A stretch of DNA of 64,000 nucleotides from Nemertoderma westbladi (Eukaryota > Animalia > Xenacoelomorpha): positions 62,001 through 126,000 of the forward strand of contig JAUCBJ010007936.1 in the NCBI GenBank assembly GCA_032718475.1, given 5' to 3'. The notes under the pieces were generated by a model. That model was not told where the DNA came from and searched no databases. It saw only the letters and a program-made list of their open reading frames with translations. This document shows, piece by piece, positions 13,047 to 25,425 of the stretch. Every line of letters starts with the position of its first letter. Position 1 is the first letter of the stretch. The position numbers were made by a program, and so were the translations under genes.

Positions 13047-15596
13047 CTAGTTCGCTCCTCCCGTCTTTGGGAACCATCTCAGTTCTTTCCCCCTGTCATC
13101 GTCTTGTCTCGGCCGCTTCCTTCCCTCTGGCTTGTCCTCTCTGAGACTCCTCATTCTCGCCATTACCGCCTTACTAATTCCCGTGGTCGATTCTTTGGGT
13201 GCTGGTGTTATCAACTCCCAGTAACGCTTTGCAGGTGGCCCTTCCAAATGCCCCTCCTGCTTCCCCCTGGTAGCGTCCGACAAGATCATTTTCATGGTTT
13301 GCGGCACGTGCTCCGCCAGAAAATCCCTGAACTCGCCTCTGTTTTCTGGCGTCCACCTGTCCAAGTACCTCTGTGTGTTGATGACTCCTCCATACGACGC
13401 CGCTGTCGCTACCTCTTGGTATATGAATGGCAGTCTCCTCTTGATAATTTCCAGATGGGCTTTCTGGTTGATGTTGAAGAAACCCCACCGGAACTCCTGG
13501 GCCCTCATCCTCTGTCGCATCATAATGCCGACGTCGGCCCACTCCTCGAAGATCTTAAACTTCTCCTCATCGTCCATCCAGTCGCACTGGCGCCCATAGT
13601 GCCCTCGGAAGTTACACTTTGAGCATCGGTTGTGCAGCCTCGGACATGCTCCCATCCTATGGCTCGACTCGCAGCAGTAGAGGCAACTCGTCCCCTTCTG
13701 AAATCGATACAAACAGCTCTTTTCCTGGTGAGTCAGTCTCCCACAGTAATCACAGCCGTGTATCAACGCATCCCGTCCCAAGTCGTCTTTTGCCCCGAGT
13801 GGTCTTCTAGCTCTGTGGAGGCGTTGGTAGGCAAACTTCTGGATATTAACGTCTCTATCCATATCTACGTCCTCCTCCCACCTTGGCATCGTCTCCCCAA
13901 ACACTACCCGTGGTGCCATTCCCGGTTGCTCGCCCAACCTGATGATGCTCCCCGCGAAATCCATCGCCGGTTCCTCGAGCACCCAGGTCCGCTTGCCGTG
14001 TTTATCCCAGAAGGCCCTCGCCCCACTGGCCGTCACCACTCTCCCGCCCACCCAGTCCGTATCTGAGTAGCCGATCCTCTCGATGGGCGGCATCTCCCCG
14101 AACTCGTCGTTATCTTCCTCCGTCGCTGGGAATGGATCCAGACCCGGTATCCCGGTAGACCCACTGTGCCCCTTTCTGCCTTGGCTTATACCCGTAACTC
14201 TCCACCCTTCCTGTTCCCTTAGTCTCTTTCTCATGAAATCGACCTCAGAGCCCGCTGGCATGGGCATCACTTGCAATCCCGATATCGACTGTTTCGGCGA
14301 TTCTTCCGTCCATCCTAGCACCTCCCCCAGAAACTCGCCTGAGCTTCCTGATCCCCACCTCAGCTCGTCCAAGTTCTGGGCCTCGAACCCATAATCCTCT
14401 CCCTTAACCTCCGCCTCTCTCTCATCTGCCTCCCTCCTTTCTCGCCTGGCAACTTCTTCCAGTCACTTCTCCTCAGGTCTATCTGCTTCCAGCTTCTCCC
14501 ATCTCTTGTATGGTGTATCCACCTCCCTGTCTACTAGGTGCCGGCTGTTGTAGTACACAGACTCGCCCTTCAGCCCCGGGTGGTCTACCAGACCTTCGAA
14601 GGCCACCTTAAAGGCTCTTCTGTAGTTTAGAGGTGATCCTAATAGCAGAAATGCCGTCAGCTCTCTTCCGATAACCACAGCCATGAATAGGTTTAGTAAA
14701 CCTATCATTATCCAATCCTCCTGTAGGATATATCTCTTCTGATATAACTTTATCGCTCCTCTCCGGAACTGATACACGTCCTGTTTCCCTGGCCTTGCTC
14801 CCCCCTTGAGTGAGTTCGCTAGCTCCGCTCCGTACTCCTCCCGGAACTTACCCCAGTCCATCGGCTTGTGGCAGACGAGCCCCATGAGCTGACCCATCGC
14901 CACTGCTCCGCAATGTCCTGTGTTATCTACTAATCCCAACCCGTCTGGCCCTGTCATGGCCATATAGACCGCTTGTATGTCCAGGAGGTTGGGGGTCTCT
15001 GGTCCGACGATCCTCTCCGCATCGTCGTGGAATGCTGATCCCACCTTCACTGTTGTCTTCTCCCTTACTAGGTCTTGCACCACCCTTGGCAACTGGTTTA
15101 ACTTCGGCCCGCTCTTCTTCCTGTACGTTCCTAGATCGAATAGGAATATGTCTCCATTTGGTGCAGCCAAATGCAGTAGTATGGTTCTAGCCGATCCCGC
15201 CGACCCTCTTCTCGAACCCTCGTCGTCCTCCACAGTCCCCTCGTCGTCCAGGACCATGTATCCGCCCTTATTCACAGACTCTACAAACCTCCTTCAGTCC
15301 TTTCTCGGTGGTACCCTCGGATACTTTGGTATCCCAAACTTCGCTTCGTCCCCTTTCACTATGTAGCGAAAATGCTCGAGGATCGCGTTGTCCAGCGACG
15401 GTGTCCCATAGGTCCCGACCAGTCGTCTCTCGTGCATCTCCCTGAAGTGGTCCTGCAGCGCTTGCGCTTTGTGACCCTTCGCTAGCGGCTCGTAGTATCC
15501 CCTCGTCTTCTCCTCCGGATGCCTTTGCGTGAAGTCCACTAGTATCTCCTTTCCACTCCTCTCTGTCTTTCTCTTCTTAACTAGTCTCTCCGCCAT
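13047..15596 (-). pseudogene. ~849-codon ORF with two in-frame TGA stops: DEDDy/WRN-EXD-like 3'-5' exonuclease plus three CCHC zinc knuckles
   Basis: ORFs 15294-15596, 14463-15275 and 13047-14372 share one frame. Exonuclease motifs VLDDEG, LLHLA...FLFDL...LPRVVQDLV...VKVGSAFHDD...LLDIQ and QKRYILQED. Knuckles CDYCGRLTHQEKSC, CLYCCESSHRMGAC and CSKCNFRGHYGRQC. Confidence 0.75.
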
Positions 15597-16124
15597 TACG
15601 AACCTCTCGCTCGCTCACCCGCTTGGTGGTGCCTTACCAAGGCTCAAGTAGATGAGTGACGTTTAGTAAGATTGTGTGTACTAGTTCAGTAATGGCCTAT
15701 CTCTCTCAAACCTTACTTTTTGTACTATATTTTACCTATGCATCCCCAAAGTGCCAATTTTTTCTAAATTTCCTAAATCTGTCAGTTACTTTTATTATGT
15801 TCTAGAATCGTTTACTTACTGTTACCATAATTTGTCAGATTTACTTCTAATACTATTTTATTTTTTTTATTAGTATGCTATTATCGCTTATGGTGGGTTA
15901 TTTTACTTAGATAACCCCTATAGTTTGTATACAGGGTAGACTAGCTATTCTCTACTGTGCTAGTTTGTAACAGGTAGCCTCCTGGCCCTGTATCAAACAC
16001 CCTAAACTTACTCTATGGGCCGTGCAGAGCAGTAGTCTGTCTCGTGCGGCCTACACGGTCTATCCTGCTGTACACACGTGCCCCCCTCTCTCTTTCATGG
16101 CGCTCTCTATGCCCACAACCTCTA

Positions 16125-16790
16125 CGGTACTACGTACCCTACTATTATTCTTATGGTATATCCATATACCATACTCTCTACTCTCTTACTAGTAACTTTT
16201 ACTCTCCCTACTAACTCTAACTTCTAACTCTAACGGTACTATGTACCCTCCTACTCTCGTGGTATGTTTATATACCACACTCCCTATACTTCTAACTCCT
16301 ACCAGCGGTACTGTGTACCCTGCCACTACTCTCACGGTATGTCAATATACCACACTCCCTATTCTTCTAACTCCTACCAGTGGTACTATGTACCCTGCCA
16401 CTACTCTCGTGGTATGTCAATATACCACACTCCCTATACTTCTAACTCCTACCAGCGGTACTATTTACCCTGCCCTTACTCTTGTGGTATGTCAATATAC
16501 CACACTCCCTATACTTCTAACTCCTACCAGCGGTACTATGTACCCTACTACTCTCGTGGTACGTCAATGTACCACACTCCCTAACTTCTGCCTACGGTAC
16601 TATGTACCCTACTACTCTTGTGGTATGTCAATGTACCACACTCCCTAACTTCTGCCTATGGTACTATGTACCCTACTACTCTCGTGGTATGTCAATGTAT
16701 CACACTCCCTAAGTTCTGCCTACGGTACTATGTACCCTACTACTCTCGTGGTACGTCAAAGTACCACACTCTCTAACTTCTAACTACTTA
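16125..16790. repeat. Minisatellite: ~4 x 75-bp then ~4 x 64-bp units, each with two stem-loops
   Basis: Unit starts at 16306, 16381, 16456 and 16531, then 16595, 16659 and 16723. Hairpins ggtac-tat-gtacc and gtggta-tgtcaata-taccac. Confidence 0.92.
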
Positions 16791-17203
16791 CTTAGTGCTA
16801 CGTACTATCTACTACTATTACTTTCTAACTTTCTACTATCTCACTTCTTAATTTTATTATTTTATTATTTTTTTTATATTTGTGTGGGAAGGGCGTCTCG
16901 CCCTCATTCAGTCCAACATTTTGGACAACTAAACTCAATGGTGCCCCTTCCAATAGGCAGCACTTTCCTACAGCCCTCCTGCAGGTCTTCCTATCTTTCT
17001 TCCAATTCTCACTTCTATGGATCTGACTCTTCCATCTTCGCCCCCATTTAGTCCAACTTATTGGACGACTCAATAACCTAAGGGTGATTCTTCCAGCAGG
17101 CAGTCCTCCAATTCTTCGCCCCACCTCTCCTTGTCAATTCCAACTCTCTTGGAACTGACCTTCCCTTCTCTTCCATCCTTAAATCGGGTCTTTCTGTCAT
17201 GTA

Positions 17204-18029
17204 GCGTCGTCATTCTCTCTCCCTCTGGATCTCGGGGCATTCCTCCTTCACTCATCATCCTTTCGCCGTCTTTTGGCAGTCACAGTTTTAGTTGGCAGGT
17301 GGCAGTTAATGACTGTGACGGGATCAGAGATCCCTCCCGACTGGGTTAGAAATGTACGCGTCACCGTTCTGCTGGGGGATCGTGCTAGTAGCTTTGGCCG
17401 AGGCCGTTGGGGAAAAACAGTAAGAGTTTCTGTTGTCTCTCGATATTAATTAATATGGATGATAATAGCACGCCAGTAGATAATAAGCAGAAAATACAAG
17501 TTAATTGTTACCAGTATGGCAGTGGAGGTGATTAACCCTTTGAGCCCTAAGGACGTATATATACATCCTCAACAGTGTCCTAAGGGCGTATATATACGTC
17601 CTGGTGTTAATTGCTGCCAATGGGGATGATTCGAGTTTAGGTTCTTCTAGCAGTGTTTATCCATCGCTTAGGACACTTTACTACCCGTTTTAGTTAAAAA
17701 AAAATGATCTGGAGTTTGAGTTAGAGGTTGGAATTCAACCAATCAGTGATGAGCTCCTTTTCAGAGAAAGCAGGCTGCATATTGAAAGCAGATTGATTGT
17801 ACCTTGTACAGTAGGATATGGCAGAGGTTTGAATGAGTAGCCCTTGAGAATTCCAACCAATCAGAGTTTATTTCCCTGTCAAGCTTTCCACTGTAATAAT
17901 CTACTTTGTAAATAAATAAATACATGACTGAAAAGTGAAAAGTGAAAACCTGGTATTCTTCATATTGGTGAATTACGTAATTGTATTTCGTAAATAGAAT
18001 AATGGGTATGATGATTGTTCCTGTACTAG
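17204..18029 (-). repeat. Ectopic copy of 29276-30099 (gag start, LTR end, truncated MITE) flanked by a ~175-bp direct duplication
   Basis: Near-identical to 29276-30099. The flanks 17029-17202 and 18033-18236 are duplicates. Confidence 0.92.
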
Positions 18030-18239
18030 TTCCTTCCATCTTCGCCCCCATTTAGTCCAACTTATTGGACGACTCAATAACCTAAGGGTGATTCTTCCAG
18101 CAGGCAACTCTCCCACTGCCCCCCCCCCCCCTGTAGGTCCTCCAATTCTTCGCCCCACCTCTCCTTGTCAATTCCAACTCTCTTGGAACTGACCTTCCCT
18201 TCTCTTCCATCCTTAAATCGGGTCTTTCTGTCATGTCAC

Positions 18240-19770
18240 TGGTTTCCTCGTGGTCGTCCCCTGGCGGCAAAGTGCCACCCTTCATCTTGTCGTTTGGCGG
18301 TAGAATGCCGCCCCTCATGTCATCCTTATTGGTACATGCCACCCCTGCTGGCCTCCCCCTTAATATGTGTGCCAGCATTGAAGCCCTCGATGACCCCCGG
18401 TCGTCCTTAGGTATGCATGATGGCTTACCATTTAATGTCCCCTCGCACTCTGCCAGCCCCGTGTGCGTGTGCAACACGCCTCCACCTACTTTCCTGCCTC
18501 CTTTGTACCACGTTTCATCATTGGCTTCTCTGACCCTGGTCTAATCTTCCCACATCCTCTCCCTTTCTACCTTGTCTTCTTACTCGACCTCCCACTTTTC
18601 GGTATGCCTCTCAACCGGACCGGCGTCTCCTCCGGACACTCCTCCAGATATCTCACCGTCCACTCTTCTACACTCTCATACCGATACTTGCCAGGAACAT
18701 CCTTGTTCCATCCCATTGCCTCTAGGTCTTCAGCGTCGAACCCATTCTCCTCCACCTACTCTCTTGGTGTTGCTTCCCCTCCTCATTCATCTACCCATGG
18801 TATTTCTCTGGAACTATCCTCTATCCTTTCACCACGCTCCACTATGCGTGGTTCCAGATCCATACCCAACTCCTGGTATCCTTCCCCGGGCCGCTTCTCA
18901 CATGGGACTTCCCCATCGCCCATCTTTGGTTTCTCTTCTACGTCCTCAACACTGCTAGACAGCATGCACCCTGAAGTCTCGGACACACCAAACGGTGTCC
19001 TCGTCTTAATTGGGCCAGTGAGCGTCCATCCAAATGGTGTGAGAATGGCCATCAGGTCTCGCTCCCTGTTGTTGCCGAATATGGTCCTAAGTCTCTAGTG
19101 GGCTGTCGGACAATCCACACTGACTATGATAGATACCTTCGGGACGTCCACTTCTGGTATTGAGAAATTGATATCGTCCAGGAACTGGTATTGCTCGACC
19201 TCGATCTTAGTGGGTCTCCTGGCATTTATATTAATCGATTCTATAATCTGAATGGGGTCGATGGTCGCCTCATAGTCACATCCCGGTGCTATTGCTGATA
19301 TCTCGCACCATCCCGTCCTCATCTCCAGGACCTCATCCTTGCTGGAGATAGTAGTTACCGCCATCCTGCTCGGCCTCATCTGTAACCTTATCTCCTCGGC
19401 CACCCAATTCTCCACCAATGTGAAGGCTGCTCCGCTGTCGACCAGCATCAACGTCGTAACTGATCGACCGCTCTCTCCCATCACCCTCACCGGTAACACC
19501 CCAAGTAGTACCGTTCCCCTTCTCTTCGCTCCTACGGTGCTTGTCACCATCATTTGGCCTTTGCCTTGACCGAATTTTATTGGTGTCTCCTTGCATTGCT
19601 CAGCCTTGTGTCCGCCCACCACACATCGGTGACAGATTCCACTCTTGTTCGCGTACTCTACCTGGTCTTGTTTGGGTAACACTTGCCAATACTTGCAGTT
19701 CATGGTCTGATGGAGAGCGTTCGAATGTAGTTGGCATTTGTTTCTCGGATTATAGCCTTCCCTATACAGG
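18240..19770 (-). pseudogene. BEL/Pao gag zinc knuckles, aspartic protease and a degenerate non-RT C-terminal extension
   Basis: CQLH...HQTMNC, CHRCVVGGHKAEQC, VLLGVLPVRV...LVDSGAAFTLV and AILTPFGWTLTGP, followed by multiple stops. Confidence 0.8.
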
Positions 19771-20984
19771 GCGCTGCGTATCACACGTATATTCATACTT
19801 ATAGCTCTCTACTGTTTTTATTATTTGGGTTTTGTTTGCGCTTTTAAGACCTTTGACAGTTTAACCTGCCAAATTAGGATGTCTTTTAGATGATATATAG
19901 TCTTTAGCCTATGACGAGTATTTGATACACTACATTAGCCGAAGCCAGTCTATGCGCAATCATTCACCCGCTGGATATACCCGGGAGACTGAATTCGGAA
20001 GCTTAATGATTGATGGTGTAAGCCTACTGTATTATTCGACTGATCGTAATATATAATCTCTGACAAATATTATTCACTTTCGGGAAATATTAACAGTTCC
20101 TTTAGGACGTGGCGCTCTAAATATGTAAACAGAGTTATGACTTAAACTAGACACAACGAAAAGGCTATAGATTCACGTATATGGCACATTCTTTAGGAGA
20201 TGTTTTGTTATCAGTTACAATCATACACAATGCTGCACAATACTGCACATTAATCTGCCGACCTTCACTAAATTTAGTCACGTATAAAGAGAGCAACATA
20301 CAATTTATGTCGGGCCTATGAAATAGCATTAGATTCACTTCAAACCACTTAACATAGGTCGCAATCGTTTATCTGTAACCGGTCTCTCTAACCTTTAGTA
20401 TATCAAGAAGGTTGGGTGTCTGACTATTGATCAGTATTCCAAATATAATCTTCCATCAACAAATATAATGAATAACCGACAGCAAAAGCAGTAATGTTAA
20501 GTAAGATATGCATGATATGTTTAGGTAAGATCGTAATTAACTCGATAACAGATATACGTTCTATAATTAAGCCTACTAATGTTAAGCTAAAGACTGAAAC
20601 ACGGAGGTGCCAAAAGCCGGTGTTCTTAGGCTCTGGGCAAAAACATAACACTGAATTCCTGAGTTTCTGTATCCACCTCCAACACAGAGACAAAAAACGC
20701 TCTGATTGGTCAACCGAACAACGAGAGAACAAAGAAACAAAGAAATGTCGACGTGGCAATATCAGCTGTTAGCCGTCGTCATGGTAGCGACACTGTTTTC
20801 AAGAGTATCTAGCTTATTGCGTCACGAAATTGCGGATTATGTCCTCTAAAGTACAAATACAGAAGAAATGGCTTTTATGTCCTCTAAAACACCAGTACAG
20901 CAAGGACACGGCCTTTTTATGCCTGGTAAAACAACCACAGAGTACTTTACGGGGAAAATAATCGGCTAATTACGCAAAAGCTTT
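19771..20984. mobile_element. 1.2-kb non-coding insertion in gag flanked by the 6-bp direct repeat tacagg (unclassified, possibly Crypton-like)
   Basis: tacagg at 19765-19770 and 20985-20990. Removing the insert restores the frame SWPNL-YREGYNPRNKC. No clear TIR. Confidence 0.65.
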
Positions 20985-23038
20985 TACAGGTTTGGCCAAC
21001 TGGGCGTGTTGGGGTTATATTTATTTGTGTTATTTTGTCCCTGTCCATGCCATGGTGTGGCCCTACCTCTAAGTTTCTCTCCATTAGATAGCACAGAGTT
21101 CTGTATGTTATCTTTATAATATTCATTAAAAGGTAACCATTTCATCTCATCTCCATTGAACTTGACTATCTCTCCCACCTTTACCGCTTGCCGGGCTTCG
21201 GTTCTAGCCATTTGACGCGTAAAACTTTCTTGGGCCATCGTGTTATTTAATATCGAGTTATCGGTATATAAATTTCTCGGATTATGATCAGGTCTATAGG
21301 GAATGTCATTATCAACAGGTCTATAATTACCCTTAATAGGGTTCACTATAGGAGTTTCTACTTCGCTAGCAGTATAGATGCGTGTAGGCTCCACACCTTG
21401 CGCATGAGATACTTCAGACCTAACAGGTTGACACATTGTTACAGGGGGTGGTGGTATACCCTTTTGTAAATTGACTAATTTATCGCGTTCTAGCGCGATA
21501 CTTTGCTGCACTTCTTGCAACTCTAACCTACTTTCCCTTACTGTGCCCTTGAATTGCTGAACGGTCTCCTGCATCTGCCCGAGCAGGAGATCCATCCCCC
21601 GCCGTCTCTCATCCACCCATTCGACCGCCGAAGCGGGAGTCGCCAACATTGTAGCGGGCGGACGAGGGACAACGGGCGACAAATCATGAATATTTCGCTC
21701 GGAGTCCAGGGCATGAACTGTCTCATGGGCTGTTCTGCTGGGCACAGGTAGCTTGGTACTGTGCAAAGGGAATTTAGAGGTAGGTTCAGGGAGCACAGGT
21801 GTCTCTATCACCGAAGGGGTGATTTCAAGAACAGGCCTAATTATTTCAGGCTCATCTACTATAGTAGGGAGTCTTTCTATTGTAATTATTTGGTCTGTGA
21901 GTTCTGTACTACCTAAGTTGGTGTTATTTAGTTGCCTTCTAACAGCTGGAGGCAAATCAGGCAATTTCTGACGGTGGGATGTTCTTTTACGTCTGCTTAG
22001 ACGAGATCTATTTCCTTTGCCTTCAGTATCGGTGGTATCGCCTTCCTCAGATGATGTATATCCCTGTCTTTTGGGAGTAGATCGATTCATCATCTGCATA
22101 TTACTAGCTGTTAACTGTTTATTTATGCAGTCTTGATTCTCCTGAATATTTTCCAGTTCTAATTGGGCGATCTCTTCAGCCGCTATCCGTTCTGCTTCTG
22201 CCGCTGCCATTGCCGCTTTTCTTTCAATTTCGGCTGCTTTTCTTTTCGCTTCTGCCTCTGCCGCTGCCGCTGCCGCTGCCGCTTTTCTTTCCATTTCGGC
22301 TGCTTTACTTTCCTCTTCGGCTGCTTTTCTTTCCGCTTCTGCAGCTGCTACTGCTGCTTTCTTTCTGTCTTCTATACGTTTTTTCTTTACTTGTTCTTCT
22401 TGGACTCTTGTGATGCGGAGTTGTTCATCAAATTTAGCTTGATTCGCAGCTCTCATATCCACATCAATTGCGTCCAACACAAGCTTGGTTCCTTCACTAT
22501 TAGGACTAAGTCCTTCTAACCTTCTCCTCAACTCTTCATCACCTAAAAAACGTTGATAGTCTGACAGATAGATGTCAATGGCATCCCTCTTATGCGGCTT
22601 CTCTGCCGTCGCTTCACTTTCCACTTGGGAAAAAGTAGCGTCTGTTGATTCTTCATAGGTTGGCCGCTCATCATAAACCTTATCCGCCATCTTCGCTCCG
22701 CGTTCGGGCGTCCGCTCATCAGTATCCGAACTACTGGAGCTATCGGGCCGCTGAAAACTAGGTTCTTGGCTAGGATGTTGCTGCTGTTTGACAGCTGCTT
22801 CTTGATCCCGCTTGACTTGGGCCGGAGTGCCGATGATAGACCTACGGTGTTCTACTAGCCTAGGGTCTGACACTACTTCTGTAGGGATGGCCTTTCTTAC
22901 AGCAGGAGGTGACTTAGACTTGGATCTAGGATGTTCTATACTTGGATCTGGGTCACTGATCTTTTTAAGACACTGTCTAACAGTCATTCTAACACTATCT
23001 AGGAGACTATCCGACAGTGATTGGGTTGTGTCAGACAT
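20984..23038 (-). CDS. N-terminal part of a second BEL-like gag (coiled coil, start of DUF1759) fused in frame to a duplicated piece of the first gag
   Basis: 684-aa open frame. IVKFNGDEMKWLPFNEYY...LSNGEKL is followed by GRATPWHGQ...WPNL, identical to the end of ORF 25426-26400. Confidence 0.75.
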   Translation of the reverse strand: MSDTTQSLSDSLLDSVRMTVRQCLKKISDPDPSIEHPRSKSKSPPAVRKAIPTEVVSDPRLVEHRRSIIGTPAQVKRDQEAAVKQQQHPSQEPSFQRPDSSSSSDTDERTPERGAKMADKVYDERPTYEESTDATFSQVESEATAEKPHKRDAIDIYLSDYQRFLGDEELRRRLEGLSPNSEGTKLVLDAIDVDMRAANQAKFDEQLRITRVQEEQVKKKRIEDRKKAAVAAAEAERKAAEEESKAAEMERKAAAAAAAAEAEAKRKAAEIERKAAMAAAEAERIAAEEIAQLELENIQENQDCINKQLTASNMQMMNRSTPKRQGYTSSEEGDTTDTEGKGNRSRLSRRKRTSHRQKLPDLPPAVRRQLNNTNLGSTELTDQIITIERLPTIVDEPEIIRPVLEITPSVIETPVLPEPTSKFPLHSTKLPVPSRTAHETVHALDSERNIHDLSPVVPRPPATMLATPASAVEWVDERRRGMDLLLGQMQETVQQFKGTVRESRLELQEVQQSIALERDKLVNLQKGIPPPPVTMCQPVRSEVSHAQGVEPTRIYTASEVETPIVNPIKGNYRPVDNDIPYRPDHNPRNLYTDNSILNNTMAQESFTRQMARTEARQAVKVGEIVKFNGDEMKWLPFNEYYKDNIQNSVLSNGEKLRGRATPWHGQGQNNTNKYNPNTPSWPNL

Positions 23039-24379
23039 GTTTGTTTACACAGTTGAATGCCTACGGCTATAAATACAGTTAAAGCAAGTCTAGTAATTCA
23101 GTATCACTGTTATCCTAATAATTAATTACCGATACTGCTACTCAGTGGAGCGTGATATATATATAATATATTAGAATACCGGTATGCTTATAGTATATAT
23201 AAGTATTATTACAGACTAGGTTTGTCACAGAATGCCGGTAGGTACTTTCAGCACAAATATATAAAAATATATAATAGGCCTATCGTGAATACCGGTATGC
23301 AGTTTACACTTATAGTATATATAAGTATAATTATTACAGACTAGAATTAATTACAGAATACCGTTATGAATTCAGCCTAAATTTATAGAAATAAATATAA
23401 TAAGCCTATGGTAAATACCGATATGTCAATTATTTTAGAATAATTGAATTTCTGAATATTTTAGGGTTACTTGGTTACTTTAACTTACTTTATTACCGTT
23501 ATTTAAGCAGTAGTCCAACTGATATTGAGACCTAGTTGTATAACAGGCCTACTATTTTATTAATAGATTTAGTGGATTTATATGTACCCATATGAGGGGT
23601 TTTGTTACAATATTGAAATAGATGTTACTATTTCTGGGAAGTAATCACTACACAAAAGCTGTGCGCTCTCAGTGAAGTGCTACTCATTAGACACTAAAAC
23701 AAATAATTCTAATTTACCTAAGTTACTTAATACTACAAATTACGTACAATTCGGGTTGAGATTACAATCTCTAAATAAACACAAAAAATTTAATTACAAA
23801 TACAAATTTTTAGGGTAATTTTACAAGAAGTCTACTAACCAGCCTAACAAAGGGTTAGAATATCTGATTATTACAACGGACAGGTTACTACGGTATTTGA
23901 AAATAATAAGTAGTAGTAAATATACTGCGTTGTCCAGATAGGAAAATACCACCGCCTGACGACCTATAACCGTATCGCTATAGGTACTACGTTATGTATC
24001 ACGGAGTGTTCCTACCTAGAGATTAATTACCGCGGTCTACCAGAACCAACGTGCCTATTAACCACTTTACAACACAAATATACTGCCTACACACTAATTG
24101 CTTTCGGAAAGCACTGTACACTAAACCCTAAATTAGGTACAAGTACTTGTACAACATAATAATTAGTAGTTAAAAATACTTGAACAGCTAAAAGAACCAC
24201 GGTATCTGCCGGAGTGACTAAAGCATAAAATCTCCAGTCTTTACCTACGCCGAGCAGCCCTGATGTAGTACCGGGGTTAGTTTAACTATAACGGTATGTA
24301 TAACAAACACAATTACTGTAGGAATAAACTTGGGGAATGAATGTTGCGAATAATAGCATAAACTCTGAATAATAAATAT

Positions 24380-24940
24380 TACGCTACGCGTACAAACTAC
24401 TCAAACAAAATGCAGACCAAATACTGACAGGCTACTATCAAGCCTAAACAAACTACGGTATATGCAGACTCCGAAATGATTAGTTAGTATGCGTTCTAAC
24501 CCAGTAGTACGACTTATTCTTTCACAGGGGGTTTACCTCACAGCACTTGAAGCCCCTACGTTCCCAACTAGCACTTGATCGGACAGATGCTCTACACACA
24601 CCGAAATTTCCTCAAACCCAACAACAGTCAGACAACTATCCAGCCTACAAATTATCTAAATAAAATTATACGCTACCCGTACAGACTACACAAACAAAGT
24701 ACAGACCAAACGCTGGCAGACTACTATCAAGCCTAAATAAACTACAGTATGTGCAGATTCCAAAATGGTTAGTTAGTATGCGTTCCAACATGGTAGTACG
24801 ACTTATTCCTTAGGTGGGGATTGACCTTACAGCTCTGGCTGCCCCTACTTCCTAACCGTACTTTATCGGACAGACTCTACACACACTGCAATCCGTTCAG
24901 ACCCAACAACAGCCAGACAACAACAGTCCAGCCTACAATT
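24380..24940. repeat. Diverged ~289-bp tandem duplication in the leader of the second gag
   Basis: tacgctac...ctactatcaagcctaaa...ttagttagtatgcgttc at 24380 and 24669. Confidence 0.85.
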
Positions 24941-25425
24941 GTCTGTATAGACTGAGCAAGCTTACACGCCTTCTGCTCAATACTGGCCTACAAATAAATA
25001 AAACTGACAGAAATAAGTAAAATCTCAATAAAAAACCAGGGCTGCAGTCCCTGATTAATTATTAAGGCCTACCGGTATATAATTATCAAAATCGAATAAT
25101 ACTGCTGTACCTGTACTGTAAGTACCGGTTCGGGTGATCCGGCAGTCAGGCCTACAGATTACCGGTCGACCGGTACTTTCGACTAGATTGCTTACACCGC
25201 AATCCAGAAGCATATATCTGTTAGTGTAGCGACACTGTTTTCAAGAGTATCTAGCTTATTGCGTCACGAAATTGCGGATTATGTCCTCTAAAGTACAAAT
25301 ACAGAAGAAATGGCTTTTATGTCCTCTAAAACACCAGTACAGCAAGGACACGGCCTTTTTATGCCTGGTAAACCAACCACAGAGTACTTTACGGGGAAAA
25401 TAATCGGCTAATTACGCAAAAGCTT

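Noticed and set aside
13104-15366. Plus-strand ORFs overlapping the exonuclease gene
   Set aside because: Antisense shadows of a GC-rich coding strand with no motifs.
16241-16648. Repetitive Thr/Pro/Tyr-rich ORFs
   Set aside because: Open only because the 75-bp unit is a multiple of 3. The frame breaks in the 64-bp units.
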